From: Octopus sinensis
Lineage: Eukaryota
Direction of reading: 5' to 3'
Length of the DNA: 64,000 nt
Assembly: GCF_006345805.1 (NCBI RefSeq)
Contig: NC_042998.1
Coordinates: 202,182,001-202,246,000 of the forward strand
Shown here piece after piece: positions 13,763-26,360 of the stretch. Below the pieces are notes generated by a model. It had not been told where the DNA came from, made no database searches, and was given only the letters and a program-made list of their open reading frames with translations. Numbering within the stretch: position 1 is the stretch's first letter; the number at the start of each line of letters is the position of its first letter. The position numbers and the translations under genes are program-made.

Positions 13763-14174
13763 TGGCAGAAACGTTAGCACGCCGGGCGAAATGCTTAACG
13801 GTATTTCGTCTGCGTTACGTTGTGAGTTCGAATTCCGCTGATGTCGACTTTGCCTTTCATCCTTTCGGGGTCGATAAATTAAGTACCAGTTACGCACTGG
13901 GGTCGATGTAATCGACTTAATACCTATGTCTGTCCTTGTTTGTCCCCTCTGTGTTTAGCCCCTTGTGGGTAGTAAAGAAATAGAAATAGGTATTTCGTCT
14001 GCGTTACGTTGTGAGTTCAAATTCTGCTGAGGTCGACTTTGCCTTTCATCCTTTCGGGGTCGATAGATTAAGTACCAGTTACGCTCTGGGGTCGATATAA
14101 TCGACTTAATACCTATGTCCGTCCTTGTTTGTCCCCTCTTTGTTTAGCCCCTTGTGGGTAATAAAGAAATAGGT
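13763..14174 (+). mobile_element. SINE family B (tRNA-derived), head-to-tail dimer
   Basis: Head GGCGGCAAGCTGGCAGAAACGTTAGC, B-box GAGTTCGAATTCC, core GCCTTTCATCCTTTCGGGGTCGATAAATTAAGTACC; a second unit restarts at GGTATTTCGTCTG near 13989. Confidence 0.9.
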
Positions 14175-14189
14175 ACATAGCCCAATGCT

Positions 14190-14420
14190 TATATTATAGT
14201 GCATTTTTGTACCATTCAAAACATTTTGTACTTTACAAACAATAGAAAATGCTTCAAGCGAACTACAATGCTTTCCTATCTTTAGGGATAACTCCATTGC
14301 ACCTATGGTTACTGGGATGCATTTTACTTGCACCCTCCATAGGTTCTGTAAATTCAATACGTAAGTCTTGGAACTTTATCCAGAAACTGGAGTCCGTGTG
14401 TATCATGTCAGATTGAAGAT
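14190..14420 (-). mobile_element. Decayed C-terminal fragment of an RLE-type non-LTR retrotransposon
   Basis: KFQDLRIEF and NLWRVQVKCIPVTIGAM resemble KYKDLEIEVTRMW and IPIIVGALG of the 51.4 kb RLE copy. Confidence 0.6.
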
Positions 14421-15247
14421 GGGAAGGATGACTTACCTTTGCAAATACTGATAGGGCACAGAAAGTGTGTGTCAATAGCCAGCTGAAGGAGGTGTCCTCC
14501 AGGGGCTACAAGCTACTGTAGCATTCAACCTTAATGGTTAGCCATATTTAAGTAGCAAATATACTTAACGATAATTATTATTATTATTGTTATTGTTATT
14601 ATTACCATTATTTTTATTTTTTAGCACGTGATTCAAAATGCACAGTGGGATTCCTTTTGGCTTTTCACGTGCTGAGCTCAGATGCCGTCCAGTTAATCTT
14701 TGATTTTTATCTAGGCTCGATAATATAAAATATCAGCGAAGTAGAGAGCTCCATATAATCGACTTGCCATAACACACAGTATTATCGTCCTAGTATCAAA
14801 TTCAACATCATCATCATCATCTTCATCATCATCATCATCATCACCACCATCACCACCATCATCACCATCATCATCACCACCTTAGTTCAGTATATTTTTC
14901 GTGTTAGATTGTTTCATTATCGAACATACATTTCGCCCGAGATATATTAATGTCAAGTACATTTTATTCTTTATAACAATATCAATTCATATCACTTCTG
15001 TTATGTATAATAACTTTTGTTTCACTTATCAATATTCCTTTGACAATACACAATTTATGGCTTTCCTGTATTTATCTTTTTGGTGAGTTATCGTCTAAAC
15101 AGTCCGGTTTGTTACATGATCGCATTCATATTATTGGGATTTATTAATTCAAATGAAAAAAAAAAGATTATAAATGTACATTCATCATAAGTAAAATATG
15201 TCCATTTAATTTATCTTTGAAAATGATTATGAAAAAGAATTGTACAG

Positions 15248-15295
15248 ACGTGGTGAAACGATGGGTGGTAATAAACATACGAAACCCAAAGAAAA
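15248..15295 (+). other. Candidate exon with start codon (ATG 15261; MGGNKHTKPKE + AA)
   Basis: TACAG acceptor (weak pyrimidine tract), Kozak-like ACGATGG, donor AA|GTAAGC, in a TE-poor context. No transcript evidence. Confidence 0.35.
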
Positions 15296-17683
15296 GTAAG
15301 CAGCCTTATTTAGTTTGTAAATTATTTATGTTAAGTAATATTTCTAATTTTAATTTGGTTGATTACCAGAATACTTACAATGCCTAAAAAAAATATAATA
15401 ACTTGTTCTTTTAAATCGTGAGTTCAAATGATGCTTTGTTCAACATCATCCTGTGTCGTAAAAATGTAAATTGTTTTCAAGTGCCGAGGTTACTTTATTG
15501 TATTACAGTTTCTAGATAAAATATATTTTTGTTTCAATGTTATATAGAAATCATTAGTTTCATTTTACAATGAATATTCCCTAATTTATAAATCTTCACA
15601 TGTCGTCTAACATTTTCTACAAAATGCATTGTTAAGAACAACCGCCTGGGATATTGCAATTAAGAACCGAAATACGGCCCAGTGTGAGATTCGTTACTTG
15701 ATCACTCGACCTGCACCAAATTGCGAGAGATATAAAAATGGGGCATAAATTTCACCTGAACAACTAATTATTACATCCGAAAACTTAACGTATGAACAAC
15801 AGCACAATACTACACGGATTTAGAGGCAGACACTGTGACCTATGCTGCTTCTATCCAGAGTAATGCCTTTATTGCTTATGATTCGCCGTATCTTTAAAAT
15901 AACTCATAATATTGAAAACATTCAGATGATATACGTATACACTTATTCAGATGATAAAAGTGCACAGTATGTATTTGTCAAGGGGTCACAACAAGATGAT
16001 ATTTGTATACACTTATTCAGATGATAAGTGTATAGAGCATTCGTCAAGGTGACTCGACAAGACCAATAGCCCCCAAATCAGATGTATTCTAGCATGTTCT
16101 CCATGCCTTGCTGAGAACGATCATGAGGGTTCAAAGCTAGAATACTGGACTGATCTGAGTTAGCTACAAGATGCAAGCTTTTTGCAGTAAATGTGAAATG
16201 TCTGGACACTCAGTTCGATACTGTAAAATAAAATATAACTTGTACTGCCGTGTTATCTGATGACAACTTATTTAATTCAATGATGTTATAATGTGTTAAA
16301 GCAAGTTAACTTTATGGTAAATTGTATTTGTTCTTAGTTCTAATCTACATAAAACCCATCTGGGTATATTGGGTCCAAACCTCGAAAAGGATATTTAGGT
16401 CCTCAGATTTATGGAGATTTTTGGCCAAGACCAAATGAGTTGACGCGTTTTCATAATTACTTGATCAATATGTTCTTAATGAGCTTTCAACCATCTCCCA
16501 ATGGTCCTTTTAACGTAAGATATGACACATTTTGTGATTTGGGTCTAAAATCTGCAAATATGCAAAGAAAAAAAAACTATTGCAAAATAATTGCAAGTAC
16601 GCATCCACGTTTCCCCTCTACGTTACATTCTTTTTTTTCACTGAAACGAAGCCTGTTTTGGTGCTTTAGCCTAAAATGCTAAAGTATGGAAATTCGATCT
16701 TAGGCCGCCAGATTTTCTAGAAATTTAATGAATTTTTTATCAGTATGCTTCCAAAAGGTCTTCATTCATTCGAAGTCTGATTTTAACTCAAATTAGGAAC
16801 AAGTCTTCGCTTTTCGGACCAAAGGGGCCAAATATGAAAATTGGGTTCCCAACCCCCAGGCTTTTGAAAATTGTTTGAGTTTCATAAATTTCCAAAAATT
16901 CCGTATGAATACGATTCCAAGGAGCCCTCAACCACTAGCAGATGAGAATGCCCTTCCAATTTAGGACCAAATGTCCAAGAAATCACCCTCTTGCTCAACT
17001 TTAAATCCGTGCTGAGGTACATTGCAGGATATTTCGTTGCAGTATCGAGTAACCATATGCAGCAACGAGCAGTAGTTAAATGTCTGAATCAGCAACAATA
17101 TTTTGTATAGAGGTGTGTTACTTATGTGTTCGAAGTAACGGGAGTTAAATGTTTATAATTTAATAGTTTCTACGACTGAAATAGGAAGAGTGCAAAAGTG
17201 TAGGCAGAACAATTCGCTGTATAGAAACACGGCACTTATAACAATGCTTACAAAGGAATCATCAACTGTAACAATACGATATTTAACCTATTTCCTCTTT
17301 ACAAAATTATGGAAGTAGAGCTGTTTGCAATGGCTTATGTAGGCATTGTTTTCGTATGATATGTTGCATAACAATTTATATAACGAAAAAAATATAAAGT
17401 AAGCCATATTTATGGTATTTTTCCTAATGCAGAAATGTAAAGTCACGAATAAGCCCTTTTCCCGGAACTTACAAAAATCATAGAAATCTATTGACATGTA
17501 TATCGTTGCAATAAAAATAAACGGATTCTATATTTACATTGAAAACAGGCTACATAAACAATTGCTATAAATTATGCCGAGATTAACAGAATATTTGCTA
17601 CTGGGACAATACCGATTATCTCTGTTCAATTGTTTGCGTTTCTGCTTGTTCGTGAGTGTATGTGCGCATGTGCCCGTGTTGCA

Positions 17684-17722
<39 letters not shown>

Positions 17723-18989
17723 CATGTTTGTGTGTGCGTGTATTTCTTTTCATATACGTTCATAAATAAATACGCAAGTATAATACATCTATAATGAAAT
17801 TTATATATGATAAAATTTTGAATTATCATTATGTCTTTAACTGTCATAAAACATTACAAATAATACGTTGGAAAAATTTACTCAGCCATCAAATGGAATT
17901 ATATCACTTTGTGCGTTTTAACGAGACAAGCCTCATTATCTTATGGTTTAGCTTGTCATTATGCTACTTAGCCCGTCGGTAAGGCTTTCACGTGATTAGA
18001 GAAAAAGAAGGAGAATGGAAAGAGGGACAGAGAAACGTGGAAGAGAGAAAAAGAGAAATAGAGAAGAAAAGAGGGAGAGAGAAGCGCCCATGACGTGAAG
18101 TAGGAGGAATGTAATGCTTATTATATGGTTAAAAAAGTTAGTTGACGGTAGAAATGATGTAAAGGGGAAGAGTAAAAATATAATTATAGCAGAGGAGTGA
18201 TGTTCTGATGGTAAGGTTAAACAATGACAGAGAACGGAGAAAGAGAGAAAGTATGGAGAGAGAGGTGGAGAAAGAGATGATGGTGATGGTGGACATGGTG
18301 GGGTTGGTGATGTTGGTGGTGGCGGACATTGTGGTGGACATGGTGGGGGTGGTGATGGTGGTGATGATGGTGAAGGTGGCAGTGGTGATTGAATGGTGAC
18401 TAGTATATTTTTTAAAAAATTGAACTAACTTTTTTGTATCACCTATGAAATACTGCATGCGCATAAGTGCAATTCCCTGAAATATTCACGCTTATTTACA
18501 TGTCAGATACATGCAATTTGTTTGTTCATGGGGGGGAAATGGGAACATAAGGGTGAATACTTATTTTATGAGTGATCTGTATTCAGTCTATAAAAGTATA
18601 TAAAGTACATTAAGTATCATAGTATTCCCATTTTTTCACTTTTCAATCAGTAGCAGATGAGCAACGATCATTCCATACAACACAACACAGGCTACGTTTT
18701 CAGGATTTTTGGATAAGGTTTTCAGAAATAACCCAATAGGTTTACCATTAACTCCGTAAAATATTCACGGATCCCGCTAGTCTCTAATATTTGAATGGGA
18801 CTTGCCCGAGTCATCGGAAATCTCCAGTCATACACTAATATTGAACGCTTTCCCTTTTACAAACTAACCAAAAATATATGCATTAAAGCAGATGGCCAAC
18901 ATTCTTTATACACAGTGATTAACTTTTTTTCAAGTATTCTCTCTGTGTCAATATAATAGTTTCAAATCTTGGCAAAGGGCCAAGGGTTT

Positions 18990-19150
18990 TTGAGGGGGGG
19001 GGGTGAAGTTAATTACATTGACTCCAGTGCTCAACTGGTATTTATCTGATCGACCCCAAAATGATGGAAGACAAAGTCGATCAATGCGGAATTTGAACTC
19101 AGAACCTAAAGACGGACGAAATGCCGCTGATCATTGTGTCCGGTATGCTA
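18990..19150 (-). mobile_element. SINE family B, degenerate partial copy
   Basis: AACTGGTATTT..ATCGACCCC..GATG..AAAGTCGA..GGAATTTGAACTCAGAAC. Confidence 0.75.
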
Positions 19151-19267
19151 AAGATTATGCTACCTCACCGCATTATCCGGGTTAATATAAAGGGACATTT
19201 TTACCTGACCAATCGTCTTGCAATATATAAACGACAAACACTTCAAATTATTCCCTGCTCCTAAAAT

Positions 19268-19497
19268 CTTATCTTTACTACCCACAAGGGGCTAAACACA
19301 GAGAGGACAAACAAGGACAGACAAACGGATTAAGTCGATTATATCGACCCCAATGCGTAACTGGTACTTATTTAATCGACCCCGAAAGGATGAAAGGTAA
19401 AGTCAACCGCGGTGGATTTGAACTCAGAACGTAACGGCAGACGAAATACGGCTAAGCATTTCGCCCGGCGTGCTAACGATTCTGCCAGCTCGCCACC
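19268..19497 (-). mobile_element. SINE family B with 17-bp TSD (1 mismatch)
   Basis: TTCCCTGCTCCTAAAAT at 19251-19267 and TTCCCTACTCCTAAAAT at 19498-19514. Confidence 0.92.
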
Positions 19498-20450
19498 TTC
19501 CCTACTCCTAAAATGCTTAGATATGCATGTCAAGGATGAGAAATACCTGGTTTAGTCTGAGCAGAAAACCAAAAGTAGCAATATACTAGACTACCTGATA
19601 GTCTCCTGATTTAGGGGACACAGAACTTTACAAAAACTAATGAGAGGAATAAATACATACATTACAAAATAAAAAGAAGCATAATTCTGAGGAAAAAAAT
19701 CACTGGAATATTTCTGATAAATAATCATGATTACTTTTATGCTGTAATGAATATTTTATGAAATAGTTGGCAGTAACCACGAAGAAAACAGTTAATGATT
19801 AAATTTACGTAATATTGTTAATTATGTTTTAGAAATTTAGAAAACTATCTGACGCAAAATTGCTGGTGGTATATTGAAAGATAGAATGTTATAATATTTG
19901 GTAATGAGGTAAAAACGGTAATTATTAAAATCATTTTATAATTTGATATGTAAACAGATATAAGTTTACTTCATGAAAATAATTTACTTATCATTTTTGT
20001 TGAAGTAGATTTCAGCTTTTTATCTCAGTAATGACGTCACTCACCACAAACCGATCACATCGGGCTTCATTTAAAAGAAACTCTACAATTCATTGATCCT
20101 TTAGAATAATAAACTATTTCAGTTCTATTTTGTTTTTATCTTTTCTTAATGAAGTTCCATTAATGGTTGTTTGTTTTATTTACAGTCGTGTCATTGTTTA
20201 CTACAAGCGAATGGTCGTCGAACGGACTTATCTTCAAATGACTAACCAAATAAAAACAAACATAAAAAACGTCGCTTCAATGATATACAAAGTATATATC
20301 ATTAAAAAGATTTGAATATCACTCAACATTTTATGTTTTATTTACACGATGACCATTAATAAATTCTATAGCTCAAGTTTGTCTACTATTTTACTGAAAA
20401 TTACTATATATAAATTGGTTGAGCGCACACACTCGACACATACAACACAC

Positions 20451-20511
<61 letters not shown>

Positions 20512-20559
20512 GTGTGTGTGTGTGTGTGTGTGTGCACATAAATTATCTCCTCTCTCAAG

Positions 20560-20592
<33 letters not shown>

Positions 20593-20861
20593 CAACTTAC
20601 AACCCACCCGTGCTTTCCCTACTCTCGCCTCCCCCACCTCCCAACAACATCACACCACACCATACTACTCCATACAACATCACACATCACATCACAACAC
20701 ACCACCCACACACCCATTCCCACATTTTCACACCTACACATACATACACGCACACGTCCAGACCACCAGCCCTCTTTCACACGCTCATACATACTCTATT
20801 ATACACACACGCACCTTCGTGTTGGGGTCATCTTTGTTATCTCCCCTACTTTCCCTCTCGT

Positions 20862-21064
20862 GTGTGACCCTTCTGTCCGAGACAGTCGCACTGATAGATC
20901 GTTAGCCAGTACACACATTTTCTTCTCTCCTTTTTTCTCTGTCCCTTTCTGTAGAAAAGCATAGGCTCGAAACGTAAAAGACTTTTTTCTATTCCTGAGC
21001 GTTATACTAATACATCTGTTTGTTTTGTACACCGCCTGTCTGCGTCTTTTTTTTCGTAAACTCT

Positions 21065-21068
<4 letters not shown>
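20862..21068 (+). mobile_element. About 200-bp dispersed repeat with hammerhead-like scaffold (Penelope pLTR/retrozyme-like), copy 1
   Basis: Homologous to 40690-40879 and 63176-63369; motif at 20945-20980; abuts (TA)n. Confidence 0.75.
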
Positions 21069-21127
<59 letters not shown>

Positions 21128-22462
21128 TGTATGTATGTTTGTATGTATGTATAATACACATCAAATAGATGACAACACGAACAAGCAATAAATACGTAAA
21201 CACACGCAAAAAAAGTACAGGATAAAATACAAAAAATGCACAATAAAAAGAGGACATCAACAACAAGTAAATAAAAACATGTCAACACATAACGAGAGAT
21301 AAGTATGGGATTTAAAAAAAAGAAGTCCGACTCTTCTTCAGTAGTTCGACTGCTTATTACTCCCTATATCCGCAACGTCCAGAAATTTAGAAAATATAAA
21401 CTTTGTGGGGAGTTAATGCTTCGAACGAACACACAGCAACGGAGTGGACGTACAGAGTACACAATCGGCGAAGACAAACTGTAAAGGCCGTAAGGTCAAG
21501 CCGCATTGCAATGGGTGCCGCCTAGCAGAAATTTTGAAAGGGTATAGTATAAGTATATTTATGGATGAGTTCGCTATATAGACGATAGAATATTCGATAG
21601 CGTTTTTGAAAAATGAAGTCAAGAATAGCTAAAATGTTTCATTATACCAGAATGTCTACCCGTGTTAGTCCTGCACTTCAAGAAAGCAGCTTAGAATTAT
21701 TGACATGAAAGCTTCAGGATGCCAAGCGCTAACTGCACAATTTGTATGTTCGGTGGCAGCGCTTATAAAATAGGGTAATGGAAGTAATAAGACTTTATTT
21801 GAACAACTTTTGTTTGTTAGATATGCATCTGTGAAAGTACTCACACCTTATTCATTCAGATATTGTCTCAGTATTTAAAATTATGTAAAATTATCACGAG
21901 CTTCTAGTCACTACTGGACTTCAAAAACACAAGCTATTAGATATACAAATAAATCCATCTTCTCATGGAATAAAATGAAAGTAATTACTCCAAGCTGGTG
22001 TTTCTCATTCACGCATTCTCATTGAATGTATCTCTGACCAGAAGGGCTGGATTTCATGATTTGGACTCCAAACTTAAACCGTAACGTTGGCAGTTGGTGT
22101 ACAAATCACCACCCATCTTGTCCCTCAGAGTTTCTGATTAGCTCTTCTCTCTTGCTCCCTAAGCGTCAACAAACTCTTCTCACTTGCTCATTCTGCTCAG
22201 AGATATCTTTCTCTGTCATGTCTCATCCCACGAGCTGTAACTATTCCCCATACCGATTGGACTTGAAATACTCTACAGACAACTTTAACTGGAAGTAGCC
22301 ACGCTTTCCTTCCTTTCTATCAGCAATTCTGAAAATAACCGTTGCTCAAGTATTTAAAAGATTGACCGTATATTTCTTCTGTATTTCAGAGATTAGGAAT
22401 TATATACATTATTTACATTATTTAATTTTGACGGATATTTGTCCACATCTTGTTTGTTGTTA

Positions 22463-22506
22463 ACACAATGTTTCGGCTGATATATCCTCCAGCCTTCCTC
22501 AGGTGT
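22463..22506 (-). ncRNA. Minimal type I hammerhead ribozyme motif (G16.2 mutated) in a Penelope-like terminal repeat
   Basis: Minus strand: ACAC-CTGAGGA-A-GGCTG-gaggatatat-CAGCC-GAAAC-AT-T-GTGT; stems I and II pair perfectly. Confidence 0.7.
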
Positions 22507-22619
22507 CTTGGGGGAAATTTCGAAACTGGGTTCTCATTCCTAAAATATTTTTCGATATTATTATTATTATCTTTATTATTATTATTATCATTATTATTAT
22601 CATTATCATTATTATTAAG

Positions 22620-22858
22620 TGAGAGAGAGCAGTGCATGCAATCAAAGTGACACTGCGGTAAAATATACAAAGTCCAGTATACCCATCATGACTACCCGTC
22701 TGATAAGGGCACACCAGGTACATGCATCACGACCATATGTGGGCGACATGGTGATCTCATATCAAGATAAACAGCGCATCACCTCGCAGGTGGGGCCCAG
22801 TTAGAATTTTCTTCAGGTCGAGTAGCCCATCTCGCTCAAAAGGTCCCTGAATAAGGAT
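22620..22858 (-). mobile_element. 3' part of the (AAT)n-associated dispersed repeat also found at 52095-52975
   Basis: Reverse complement matches 52750-52975 (CTTATTCAGGGACC, GAAGAAAATTCTAACTGGGCCCCA, CCCTTATCAGACGGGTAGTCATGATGGGTATACTG); ends in (AAT)n. Confidence 0.85.
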
Positions 22859-23149
22859 GACTACATTTTTTCTTAATGATCTATATTTGTATACCATAGG
22901 GACTTCCTGTAGTAAACTGCTTCTTCTTTTTGCTGTAGCTGACGGCTTTCCTCCTTTCCTGACAAATTTATTGATTTTCCTCGTGTTGATAGCTTTCTTG
23001 TGTCTGTTTTTTTTCCCCAGGATATGATCGACTTTTACCGGTATCAATATGATGCACCGATATTTCTCTTGAATAAGTGTTATTTTAAATCCTGATAATA
23101 TGTACGCTGAGGTGTCTTTCTCGACAGAAACTGTCAGATTTCCCTCATG

Positions 23150-24130
23150 CACCATTCATGCTAGTTTGTTGGAGTAGTGATCTGCAACCTTGGTATCCAC
23201 AAACTTCTAGTAGTCTTTGAAGTGATTAGAACCTTCTTCATATACTTTTCTGTCCCTAAGAGACAAACTTTCTGTAGAACTTCTTAAGGACATTCTATTT
23301 TAATCTTCACCAAACATTTGCCTATAATACCCAATTCACCAATTATTTTCGGTGCAACCTTTGCAGTTTTCATACTCCAAATTCTTGCAATTTTAAATTT
23401 TAAGGGATTGTACTTTTAAGGGATTTCATCATCTTATTTACGATCCTGAAATCAAACCGACATGATGGATCAATTAGTAAGCAACTTCGCTTTCCCTCGT
23501 CTATTATTGCATGTCCTGTCCGTCATTTTCTAGCTTCTTATCCGTTTGATTAGGAAAGTCCCACGAAATTTTAAATTTCTCCAATCCACCACTCTTTCAA
23601 CCTGATGATCATGCCATGTGACTCCACCTTCAAAATCCCCCATTTCTGGCAAAGCTATCAGTGAGAACCTTTTACAATTTGGTCATGCTCCCATTTCTTA
23701 TATTCCCACTGTATTATCTTGGGGCATTCTGCAACAATGTGTGCGACTGCCTCCTTAGAATTTCCAGATACTCTACATGTTTCTGACACATTCTCCCCAC
23801 CTACATTTTCCATCAAGTTGTTTTAATCACTTGGTTCTAGGATGCTACAATTAGGCTCTCTGTCTCTCTTTTTAATTGCCCTTTTTTACACCAAACCCAT
23901 GATTTTGTTCCCCATAACGTCCTCAGTGACTTTCCAAAATTAACCATGCAAAGGTTCCTTTTGAATTCAGCTTCGACTGTAGTAATTTTCTCACTCGCCT
24001 TATATACTTTCTACTGGTAATTTGTTTCATTTCTTCATGTTTTATTTCATATGCTTCCAGAACGCAGAAATACTTATCCAACTGTCCTTTCATTGTTTCC
24101 CCTCTTGACATTTCAATTCAATAGATTCCT
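23150..24130 (-). mobile_element. Decayed RLE-type (R4/HERO-like) non-LTR retrotransposon, C-terminal part
   Basis: KYFCVLEAYEIKHEEMK..KYIRRVRKLLQSKLNS, RETESLIVA, CRVSGNSKEAVAHIVAEC (CCHC remnant), WDFPNQTDK, LQKVCLLGT. Confidence 0.8.
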
Positions 24131-24489
24131 TCAAATATTCCTCATTTAATGTTTTAGAATGTGGGTAAAGAATTTCGATTCCAAATTCTATACCTACGTC
24201 ATTTGAGAAAACGCGAACAGTATGTACCAGACTATCAAGCAGTTACTGATTTTTCACATAAATCTTTATATCATCCATTGAAAGGAGATGATTTTTCTAA
24301 CCATATCCGTTTCCCAAATCCTGTAGCTATTGAATGATTCCAGGATAAGAAAGTAATTCTACGCAGGTTTCATGTTGAAAAGAATATTTTATTTCCATTT
24401 TCGTTCTGGAATATTAAGCAAAGGCATTCGTTGTTAGTAAGAGTTATGTTCATTTAAGAGAAGTAGTAAATTTTGCCTTCCACATTATC

Positions 24490-24738
24490 TATTTCTTTAC
24501 TACCCACAAGGGGCTAAACACAGAGAAGACAAACAAGGACAGACAAACGGATTAAGCCGATTATATCGACCCCAGTGCGTAACTGGTACTTAATTTATCG
24601 ACCCCGAAAGGATGAAAGGCAAAGTCGACCTCGGTGGAATTTGAATTCAGAACGTAACGGCAGACGAAATACGGCTACGCATTTCACCCGGCATGCTAAC
24701 GTTTCTGCCACCTCGCCGCCTAACATTTCTGCCAGCTC
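24490..24738 (-). mobile_element. SINE family B with exact 15-bp TSD and a duplicated 5' end
   Basis: GCCTTCCACATTATC at 24475-24489 and 24739-24753; an extra copy of the first ~20 nt of the head at 24721-24740. Confidence 0.92.
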
Positions 24739-25059
24739 GCCTTCCACATTATCGTTTGATTGCATGTGGCCGTTTGCATTTCAACGTGACTATATATGGG
24801 ATAAGTGGACCATACAGTTGTTTCAACTAGGGTTGTTGTGTTACTGATGAGAAATCGAAACAAAAGCGTCTTCAGGCAGTGTCAGGAACGAACACGACTT
24901 CAGAAAATCATTTACAAATATACAATTCACACGATGGATTAAACACCGACGAAATGCAACCAATCACAGCTATCTATTAAAAAGCAAGCAAATATCATGG
25001 TGTAAAAGTCGCTTTTAAGTGTAATAAGATCAAGAATATCAACAACCCAAATTCTACTA

Positions 25060-25770
25060 ATAATGCAGAACGTGAAAATCGCTAGATATTAGCAATAATT
25101 CCCGTAGAAAACACATCTGCACGGCTTTTGTCAAACGAGAGAGTCTCTTTGCCAATATACCTTTTGCTATTAAACAAAGGAAACAGAGGAGAATGGCATG
25201 CCTCTGTCTTGTTAAAAACTGGGGGTGGTTTTCGGTCTTCAAACTTGGAATATGTCACGACCGGTGGTCAGTAAGAGATCGATCTGTACTTTCGACCCAC
25301 GTAAAACATATAGAACCATGTATGTGGTATGTAGAAGATGTGGGGAGGTGGACAGTGTTCGAGAACTTCAATCCTGCTTCAAGCTGGCACTGCATGATAT
25401 GGGTAAGAAAACTAGTAGGATCTTGGTGAAAAATTTTCCAATGATACGAACACTTTACTGGCGGACGTAATTGCAGCACAATACCAAATGACATACGATT
25501 AAGTGGGGCTTGCATAGAATTTTCTATAAAATTGTATCCCGAGGAGTAAAAAATTATAAGAGGATATACTCTTTTAGAAAGACTCTGCCAATAGTCTTAT
25601 CAACAGCTATTAAAGCCCTCCCACCCCAGGGAATGTATAATAATTTGCAATTTGCCAAAACATGTTGATGATCAAATGTGTATTTGTCAGGGCCAATGAA
25701 AAGAGGCTTAATAATGTCGATCCTGCCAGTAGGTGGTTCTCGGGAGAGAGAAAGAAGTATCCGGAGCAAA
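25060..25770 (+). mobile_element. Decayed L1/Tx1-like LINE ORF2 C-terminal remnant
   Basis: Fragments such as VRDRSVL and CRRCGEVDSVRELQSCF resemble the post-RT zinc-finger region; heavily disrupted. Confidence 0.45.
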
Positions 25771-26016
25771 AATAATCTGAGTTGTATTTTAATACTATTG
25801 AAGTGATGGGTTCATTTCTATTTTTCGGTTGGGTGCTTTTTTATAAATTACATTTTAAACTGTTGTTACGTTCAAGTATCATGCAAACGTTGAAATTTGT
25901 TGTAAGCGCCATGTGTTATGTAACCTTCTCCTATGTCATCTTCATATTGCATGTTTACATTCTCATGGCCAAGAAATTATTCTGTTGTCATTTACAACAG
26001 CTACGAAAGCAGCAGC

Positions 26017-26101
26017 ACTAGTAGTAGTAGTAGTAGTAGTAGCAGTGGTAGTAGTGGTGGTGGTGGTGGTGGTGGTGGTAGTAGTGGTAGTAGTAGTAGT
26101 A

Positions 26102-26137
<36 letters not shown>

Positions 26138-26239
26138 TTGGTAGTAGTAGTGGTAGCAGTAGCAGTAGTACTAGTGGTGGTAGTAGTAGTGGTAGTAGTA
26201 GTAGTAGTATCGGTGGTGGTGGTGGTGGTGGTAGTAGTG

Positions 26240-26280
<41 letters not shown>

Positions 26281-26314
26281 AGCAGTAGCAGTGGTAGTAG
26301 TACTAGTGGTAGTA

Positions 26315-26359
<45 letters not shown>

Positions 26360-26360
26360 A
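26017..26360. repeat. (GTA)n/(GTG)n compound microsatellite
   Basis: Read directly from sequence. Confidence 0.97.

Noticed and set aside
16300-17000. Region with recurring GGACCAAA/GGTCC motifs, possibly a DNA-transposon subterminal region
   Set aside because: No termini, TSD or second copy could be defined by eye.
24843-24872. CTGATGA-gaaatc-GAAAC..GTC hammerhead-like string
   Set aside because: Stem II would be 2 bp with a 2-nt loop, and stem I does not pair.
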